A stretch of 64,000 nt of DNA from assembly GCA_036500345.1 (NCBI GenBank), contig DASYCE010000012.1, positions 43,110-107,109 on the forward strand, written 5' to 3'. Below are positions 58,509 through 64,000 of this stretch, piece after piece. A program made the translations under genes and the position numbers. The notes beneath the pieces are model-generated. The model was given only the letters and a program-made list of their open reading frames with translations. It was not told where the DNA came from and did no database searches. Position 1 is the first letter of the stretch. Every line of letters starts with the position of its first letter. Source of the stretch: Gemmatimonadales bacterium (GTDB lineage: Bacteria > Gemmatimonadota > Gemmatimonadetes > Gemmatimonadales > GWC2-71-9).

Positions 58509-59099
58509 ATGTCGACATCCCCATGGAATCGCGCTCGCGCCGAGGAATTGATGCACGCCTGGACGGCGTCGCCGGCACTCCGGGCCCACATGCTCTCCGT
58601 CGCCCTGGTGATGGAGCAGATGGCACCGCGCTACGGCGCGGATCCGGAATGGTGGGGAACAGTCGGCCTGCTGCACGACTTCGACTACGAACGCTTTCCG
58701 AATGATGCCCGCGCGGCCGACCAGGAGCACCCCACCGAAGGGGTCCGCCACCTTCGAGCCGAAGGGTTCCCCGAAGACGGATGCGCGGCGATCCTCGGAC
58801 ATGCCGAGTTCACCGGAACGCCGCGTGAAACCGATCTGGCCAAGGTCCTCTTTGCCGTCGACGAACTGAGCGGATTCGTGGTCGCCTGCGCCCGCGTCCG
58901 TCCGGGGAAGACCCTCGCCGGCCTCGAGCCGCCATCGGTGCTCAAGAAGCTGAAGGACAAGGCGTTTGCGCGAGGCGTCAGTCGTGATGACGTGCGGAAC
59001 GGTGCCGAGGCGCTCGGAGTGCCGCTCGACCAGCTGATCGCCGACGTCGTCGCTGCACTCCTCCCGCACCAGGCCGCCCTCGGTCTGGGCGAAGGGTGA
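58509..59099 (+). CDS. HD/HDIG domain phosphohydrolase
   Basis: The HxxxV...LLHDFDYE HD motif and EHP...GHAEF. Confidence 0.8.
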   Translation: MSTSPWNRARAEELMHAWTASPALRAHMLSVALVMEQMAPRYGADPEWWGTVGLLHDFDYERFPNDARAADQEHPTEGVRHLRAEGFPEDGCAAILGHAEFTGTPRETDLAKVLFAVDELSGFVVACARVRPGKTLAGLEPPSVLKKLKDKAFARGVSRDDVRNGAEALGVPLDQLIADVVAALLPHQAALGLGEG

Positions 59100-60511
59100 C
59101 CCTTCCGGAGGTCTTTCCGGAGCCGGCGGAGCGGGCACTTCAGCGGGCATTTGGCCGCGCCGCCGGGTCACCAATCATCGCCGGAAATCATGTCGACCTG
59201 CTGATCGACGCGACCGCCGCGTACCCGGCGATGCTCGCGCTGATCGCTCGCGCGCGGCGCCGGATCCATCTCGAGAACTACATCATCCGCAACGACACGG
59301 CGGGAAAGGAGTTCGCCGAGCAATTGATCGAGCGCGCCCGCGCCGGCGTGCGAATCCGGTTGATGTACGACTGGGTCGGATCGTTCAGCACCGGTCGCCG
59401 CTACTGGCGAGCGCTTCGCCAGGCCGGGGTCGAGGTGCAGGCATTCGGGCCGCTGTCGATCGCCGATCCGCTCCTGATCTTCGCGCGCGATCATCGCAAG
59501 CTGCTGGTGGTCGACGGCGAGCACGCCGTGGCGGGGGGATTGTGCATCGGCGATGAGTGGATCGGCGATCCGGCGCGCGGCCGGTTGCCGTGGCGCGACA
59601 CCGGCATTGCGATCCGTGGCCCGGCGGCCCGCGAGCTCGACCGGAACTTCGCCCGGGCCTGGACCTTCAACGGAGGTAGTGCACCCGACGACGCTGCCGA
59701 ACTCTCCGGCGCGCCGGTCCTGTTCGGGGACACCCAGGTACGGGTGGTCGCCACCGAACCGGGGCGCGAACGCGGCTACCGGATCATCGATCTCCTCCTT
59801 GGGGTGAGCGCGTCGAGGATCTGGGTCACCGAGGCGTACCTCTCGGCACCGCAGCGGATGTATCAGGCGTTCAAGGATGCTGCGCGCGACGGCGCCGACG
59901 TCCGCCTGCTGCTGCCGGGGAGCAGCGACTTACGAGCGGTCCGGAACCTCTCCCGGATCGGGTATCGGGGGCTTCTCAGGGCCGGGGTCAGGATCTGGGA
60001 ATGGAACGGCCCGATGCTGCATGCCAAGACGATCGTGGCTGATGGGCTCTGGGCGCGGATCGGGTCGAGCAATCTCAATCCCTCCTCACTGCTTGCCAAC
60101 TGGGAGATCGACCTCTTCGTCTATCAGGCGGCGCTGGCCGAACAAATGGAGGAGCAGTTCCTCTCCGACCTGGCCCGGTCGAGTGAAGTCCTCCTCCGCC
60201 CCCGCCGGATCGGGACCGTGATGGGGCGGGACGTCTTCCCGGCGCTGGACCGGCAGGCTCCGTCGGAAGCCCTGTTGGCCGGACATTCTCCGTCATTCCG
60301 CGAGCGCCGGACCCGGGCAATCGTCCTGCTGGGGAGCGTGGTGCAAGGGGCCCGGGCGGCTATCTTCGGGCCGTTGGCGCTGGTACTTCTCATTGCCGCG
60401 GCCCTCTTTGCCCTTTTCCCCCGGCCGATGGCGTGGATTTCGGCAGCTCTGGCCGGGCTCGCCGGGACGGCTCTGGCGGTCCGGGCGATCGGCCATAGAA
60501 AGCGCGGATGA
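59096..60511 (+). CDS. Phospholipase D family protein (cardiolipin synthase-like), two HKD motifs, C-terminal TM helices
   Basis: HRKLLVVDG and LHAKTIVADGLWARIGSSNLN. Hydrophobic C-terminal segments. Confidence 0.85.
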   Translation: MTLPEVFPEPAERALQRAFGRAAGSPIIAGNHVDLLIDATAAYPAMLALIARARRRIHLENYIIRNDTAGKEFAEQLIERARAGVRIRLMYDWVGSFSTGRRYWRALRQAGVEVQAFGPLSIADPLLIFARDHRKLLVVDGEHAVAGGLCIGDEWIGDPARGRLPWRDTGIAIRGPAARELDRNFARAWTFNGGSAPDDAAELSGAPVLFGDTQVRVVATEPGRERGYRIIDLLLGVSASRIWVTEAYLSAPQRMYQAFKDAARDGADVRLLLPGSSDLRAVRNLSRIGYRGLLRAGVRIWEWNGPMLHAKTIVADGLWARIGSSNLNPSSLLANWEIDLFVYQAALAEQMEEQFLSDLARSSEVLLRPRRIGTVMGRDVFPALDRQAPSEALLAGHSPSFRERRTRAIVLLGSVVQGARAAIFGPLALVLLIAAALFALFPRPMAWISAALAGLAGTALAVRAIGHRKRG

Positions 60512-60539
60512 ACCTCAACGTGCCCTCCGCTACCCGCGT

Positions 60540-61094
60540 ATGACGGGCGTAGATGAAGCGGCGCTGGCGGCCCGGGCGGGGCGAGGCGATGCCGAGGCCT
60601 TCGGAGCCCTGATCGAAATCCATCAGGCGATGGCACGGCGAGTGGCCTATGCAATCCTCGAGGACCGGGAGGATGCCGACGACGCAGCCCAGGAGGGATT
60701 CCTCTCCGCCTGGAAAGCGATCGGCCGCTACGATCCTCAGAAGGCGTTCCGGCCGTGGTTGATGCAGATTGTGGTGAATGCGGCGCGGGACCTGCGGCGA
60801 AGGCGGCGGGTCCGGGCGGCTGAGCCGCTCGACTCGGTCTCGGCGGCCGCCCGGGAAGACCCGGGGAAGCATGTGAGGAACCTCGATCTGGGGGAGCGTT
60901 TGCGGGCCGCGCTCGCTACCCTCCCGGAGCGGCAACGGCTGGCGGTCGTGCTGTTTGATGCGGAAGGGTATGCGCAGGCCGAGATCGCTGCGATGCTCGG
61001 CATTCCGGAGGGAACGGTCAAGTCGGATGTATTTCATGGAAGGCGCGCGCTGCGTCGCGTGCTTAGCACGGTGAAGGAGGAATGGAATGAGTGA
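60540..61094 (+). CDS. ECF-type RNA polymerase sigma-70 factor
   Basis: Region 2 AEAFGALIEIHQAMARRVAYAIL...AQEGFLSAW...FRPWLMQIVVNAARD. Region 4 LPERQRLAVVLFDAEGYAQAEIAAMLGIPEGTVKS. Confidence 0.9.
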   Translation: MTGVDEAALAARAGRGDAEAFGALIEIHQAMARRVAYAILEDREDADDAAQEGFLSAWKAIGRYDPQKAFRPWLMQIVVNAARDLRRRRRVRAAEPLDSVSAAAREDPGKHVRNLDLGERLRAALATLPERQRLAVVLFDAEGYAQAEIAAMLGIPEGTVKSDVFHGRRALRRVLSTVKEEWNE

Positions 61095-61434
61095 TCCGTC
61101 GTTGGATGGTGGACCGGACATCGAGTTGGGCAGCGCGCTGCGCGAAGCCCTGGAACTGCCGTGGGGTGGCGCGTTCGTCAACCGCGTCCGCGCGCGCATG
61201 GCGCAACAGCGCACGCGCAGCTGGGACGAAGAGCTGGCCGCGTGGTTCTGGCAGGGGCTGGTCGCGGCGTCCCTGGTGACGGTCCTCGCGGGATGGGGCC
61301 TGAACACGTTCAGTGGCACCACTGAGGAAACCGATGCGGTCGCACCATTGTCGGTTGCCGGGCAGTTGCTCGAAGGATCGGCGCCGGGGGCCAATGTGCT
61401 CCTCGCGTCGATGACCTCGACGGAGAATCCGTGA
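61087..61434 (+). CDS. Putative anti-sigma factor (single-pass membrane protein)
   Basis: Overlaps the sigma gene by 8 nt. Single TM helix WFWQGLVAASLVTVLAGWGL. The assignment rests on position and topology only. Confidence 0.55.
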   Translation: MSDPSLDGGPDIELGSALREALELPWGGAFVNRVRARMAQQRTRSWDEELAAWFWQGLVAASLVTVLAGWGLNTFSGTTEETDAVAPLSVAGQLLEGSAPGANVLLASMTSTENP

Positions 61435-61946
61435 TCGCTTCCAGGACGCGCGCGATGGCCCTGCTCGGCACGGCGTTCGCCCTGGGACTGATCGTCGGTG
61501 GCGCGAGCCTCGCGATGGCGGCGCGCGCCGGCAACGCGACCTGGATCTGGCGCGGTCGCAGTCCGCGCGGCACCGGCATCCGGTACGGCGCGCGCATCGA
61601 TCGCGACCTCAAGCTCGGCCTCGATCCGGCGCGTCGCGACAGCATCACGGCGATCTGGGAACGCGGACGGCACGACGTCGATTCGTTGCAGCACACCCTT
61701 TCGCCGCAGTTCGATTCGCTGTTCCAGATCATTCGTCCGGCGATCGAAACCCGACGTACCGAAACGCGTAACGCCATTCGCGCGCTCCTCACGGCGCCGC
61801 AGCTGGCCAAGTACGATTCGATGAACACCGCCGACGATGCCAATCGGCGGAAGATGCACGACCAGGCCGTCCGCGGTGGACCGCCAGGCTCCGGAAGCCC
61901 GAGCGGACCAGGTCCGCGAGGAGGATTTGATCGTGGTCCGCACTGA
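61431..61946 (+). CDS. Periplasmic Spy/CpxP-like (LTxxQ-type) protein
   Basis: Signal/anchor ALLGTAFALGLIVGGASLAMA. Helical repeats with LTAPQLAKY (LTxxQ). Gly/Pro-rich tail. Confidence 0.55.
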   Translation: MIASRTRAMALLGTAFALGLIVGGASLAMAARAGNATWIWRGRSPRGTGIRYGARIDRDLKLGLDPARRDSITAIWERGRHDVDSLQHTLSPQFDSLFQIIRPAIETRRTETRNAIRALLTAPQLAKYDSMNTADDANRRKMHDQAVRGGPPGSGSPSGPGPRGGFDRGPH

Positions 61947-61953
61947 AGTCCTC

Positions 61954-63261
61954 ATGAGCGCCGCGATTGCGGCGCTTGTTTTCGCCAACCCCGCGCACGC
62001 GCAACAGCCGCAGCCGCCCGTCAAGACCGTCACTCTCGATGAAGCGATCCGGATGTCGGAGCAGTCGCAGCCGTCGATCATCGCGGCGCAGGGACTGATC
62101 GACGTCGACCAGGCGACGATACGGGCGCGCAAGGGCGCGTTCCTGCCGTCGTTGTCGGTGTCGTCGAGCGGGAGCCGGGCGTTCTCCCAGGGTCCGTCGC
62201 GTTCGGATCCCTCCACCGGACAGATCATCAGCGGCAACCGTACCAGTCAATCGGTGTCGATGAATGCCAGTTCGTCGCTCACGCTCTTCGACGGATTCCG
62301 CCGTAGCCACGATCTCGCCACGGCCCGCGCCAACGAGACATCAGCCATTGCCTCGCTGATCAGCACCAAGGCCGAGAATGCGCTGACGGTCACGACGGCG
62401 TACTTCGCGGTCCTCGCCGCCGAGCAACTGGCGCGCGTTGATTCGGCGAGCGTCGTCAGCGCGCAGGCGGCGCTGCAGGTCGCCACGGCGAAACTCGCCA
62501 GCGGCGCTGCCGCACGGTCCGACTCGCTCAGTGCGGTCGTGACACTCGCCAACGCGCAGCTGTCGCTGCTCCAGTCGCAGGTGCAGCAGGTGCAGGCCGA
62601 AGCGAACCTGGGCCACCTCGTCGGGATGGACGGGCGCGTCGGCGCGGTGGACGATTCGACCTACTATCGCAACATGACGGCGCTCGACACCGCGGCGATC
62701 CGCGCGGAGGCGGTCACGGCGTCCCCCTCGATCCGGTCCTTCACCGCCAACGCGGCCGCCGCGCGCACCGCGTTGGCGTCGAGCAGGAGCGCCTACTGGC
62801 CGACGCTGTCGCTCAGCGCCGGACTCGGCTACGCCGGCAACAACGCCGACTCCAACTACACCCTGCGCGGCAGCCGCAACGTCAACCTCTCGCTGAGCTG
62901 GCCGATCTTCAACGGCTTCACGCGCGAATTGAACATCGAGTCGGCGGCGATCCAGGCCGACAACGCCAACGCGCAGCTCGCGGACGAGGAGCGCCTGATC
63001 CAGGCGTCGATCACGCAGCAGTACGCGGCGCTGGCCAGTGCGCAGGCGCAGCTCGCGGTGGCCCAGACCTCCGTTGACGCAGCGACCGAGAATCTGCGCG
63101 TCGTGTCGGTGCGCTACCAGGTGGGAACGGCGGCCACGATCGTCGACGTTGACCAGGCGCAGCAGCAGCTCACACAGGCGGAAGTCAGCATGGTGCAGGC
63201 ACGGTTCACGTACCTGCAGGCGAAGGCGCAACTGGATGCGCTCGTGGGACGGAGGCTCTGA
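61954..63261 (+). CDS. TolC-family outer membrane efflux protein
   Basis: Signal ending AHAQQ. Duplicated OEP repeats ([10 protein letters not shown]..., Y.PTLSLSAG..., [10 protein letters not shown]). The start may be GTG 61933 instead. Confidence 0.85.
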   Translation: MSAAIAALVFANPAHAQQPQPPVKTVTLDEAIRMSEQSQPSIIAAQGLIDVDQATIRARKGAFLPSLSVSSSGSRAFSQGPSRSDPSTGQIISGNRTSQSVSMNASSSLTLFDGFRRSHDLATARANETSAIASLISTKAENALTVTTAYFAVLAAEQLARVDSASVVSAQAALQVATAKLASGAAARSDSLSAVVTLANAQLSLLQSQVQQVQAEANLGHLVGMDGRVGAVDDSTYYRNMTALDTAAIRAEAVTASPSIRSFTANAAAARTALASSRSAYWPTLSLSAGLGYAGNNADSNYTLRGSRNVNLSLSWPIFNGFTRELNIESAAIQADNANAQLADEERLIQASITQQYAALASAQAQLAVAQTSVDAATENLRVVSVRYQVGTAATIVDVDQAQQQLTQAEVSMVQARFTYLQAKAQLDALVGRRL

Positions 63262-64000
63262 TGGCGCGCTCGGATATCAAGACCACCGACGAACGGATGG
63301 CGGCGCTCCCGGCCGGTGTGCCCCGTGACGCCGTCATCGTGACGCGCAATCTCCAGCGCGAATACATCATGGGCACCGAACGCGTCCACGCGCTCCAGGG
63401 TGTCGACATGACGATTCGCCGCAACGAGTTCGTCGCGATCATGGGACCGTCCGGTTCGGGGAAGTCGACGATGATGAATCTCATCGGCTGCCTCGACACG
63501 CCAAGCGTGGGCGAATACTGGCTCAATGGACATCGCGTCAGCGAACTCGGCGACGATGCGCTGGCCAGGATCCGCAACAAGGAAATCGGCTTCGTCTTCC
63601 AGACATTCAACCTGCTGCCGCGCGCCACGGCGCTCGCCAACGTGGAATTGCCCCTCGTCTACGCGGGCACCGGCAGCAAGGCGCGTCATGAGAAGGCGCG
63701 TGCCGCGCTGATCGCGGTCGGCCTCGGCGAGCGCATGGATCACCGACCGAATGAACTCTCCGGTGGCCAGCGCCAGCGCGTCGCGGTTGCGCGCGCGCTG
63801 GTCAACGATCCCTCGATTCTCCTCGCCGACGAACCGACCGGCAATCTCGACTCGGCAACGTCGGAAGAAATCATGAGCCTGTTCAAGCGGCTGCATGCGG
63901 AAGGCCAGACCGTCATTCTGGTCACGCACGAACCCGACATTGCCGCGCACGCGCACCGTCAGATCGTACTCAAGGATGGCAAGGTCGCTCGCGACTCTGC
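63261..64000 (+). CDS. MacB/LolD-type ABC transporter ATP-binding protein (partial, runs off window end)
   Basis: Not in the ORF track. [56 protein letters not shown]. Confidence 0.9.
   Translation, partial: MARSDIKTTDERMAALPAGVPRDAVIVTRNLQREYIMGTERVHALQGVDMTIRRNEFVAIMGPSGSGKSTMMNLIGCLDTPSVGEYWLNGHRVSELGDDALARIRNKEIGFVFQTFNLLPRATALANVELPLVYAGTGSKARHEKARAALIAVGLGERMDHRPNELSGGQRQRVAVARALVNDPSILLADEPTGNLDSATSEEIMSLFKRLHAEGQTVILVTHEPDIAAHAHRQIVLKDGKVARDS

Noticed and set aside
60480-60539. ECF-type autoregulatory promoter (GGAAC-N16/17-CGT) upstream of the sigma gene
   Set aside because: A GAAC is present at the PLD stop, but spacing to any CGT element does not fit (5 or 23 nt). Most of the region is still PLD coding sequence.
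60390-62237. 615-aa minus-strand ORF
   Set aside because: It is antisense to the sigma, anti-sigma, CpxP-like and TolC genes. It is low complexity with no recognisable domain.

Overview
High-GC (about 68-70% by eye) bacterial chromosomal segment that is almost entirely coding. I support about 75 CDS, arranged in long co-directional arrays with very short or overlapping junctions. Gene content (many DUF4142/DUF481/DUF1080/GMC-type genes) and signal peptides ending in AQ suggest a Gemmatimonadota- or Acidobacteriota-like organism; this is inference only. Recognisable content by position: 1-5 kb has an MMPL transporter fragment, a matrixin-like protease, a beta-lactamase-family hydrolase, sufT, rnd and a 7Fe-type ferredoxin. 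5.6-12.3 kb holds sufR-sufBCDSU followed by a bacilliredoxin and a small unknown gene. 12.4-14.7 kb is an ABC-2 exporter. 14.8-16.6 kb has a parS-like site and parAB. 16.6-21.8 kb is a BMP-family ABC importer with an embedded NIF3 gene. 24.1-30.1 kb is an uncharacterised envelope cluster (DUF4956, an 866-aa Omp85-like protein, a metallophosphoesterase, two DUF4142 paralogs). 30.3-34.9 kb is a SufR-like regulator plus a GMC/subunit-3/Gfo-Idh-MocA oxidoreductase operon. 35.3-39.9 kb is cutC, an NHS-family permease, DUF1080 and GH20. 40-45.5 kb has MOSC, AlaX, two DUF481 genes, DUF4286, dpaL and yfiT. 48.3-53.1 kb has plsC, a HEAT-repeat protein and an ECF transporter. 53.2-64 kb has GAF, an alpha/beta hydrolase, an unknown gene, PolX, nth, cyclophilin, an unknown gene, HD, PLD, then ECF sigma, anti-sigma, a CpxP-like protein, TolC and a MacB-like ATPase. 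I found no rRNA, tRNA, CRISPR array, transposase, integrase or phage genes. I do not see a clear-cut novel self-contained system. The best candidates for follow-up are: (1) the 24-30 kb envelope operon with a kinase-like DWDRH/PRDRD motif in an Omp85-like protein; (2) two apparent CTG start codons inside CTGA stop/start overlaps; (3) a structured 300-bp non-coding gap at 4.4-4.7 kb; (4) a second SufR-like Cys-rich regulator in front of a periplasmic sugar-oxidation operon. All family assignments are from motif recognition by eye, with no database search.
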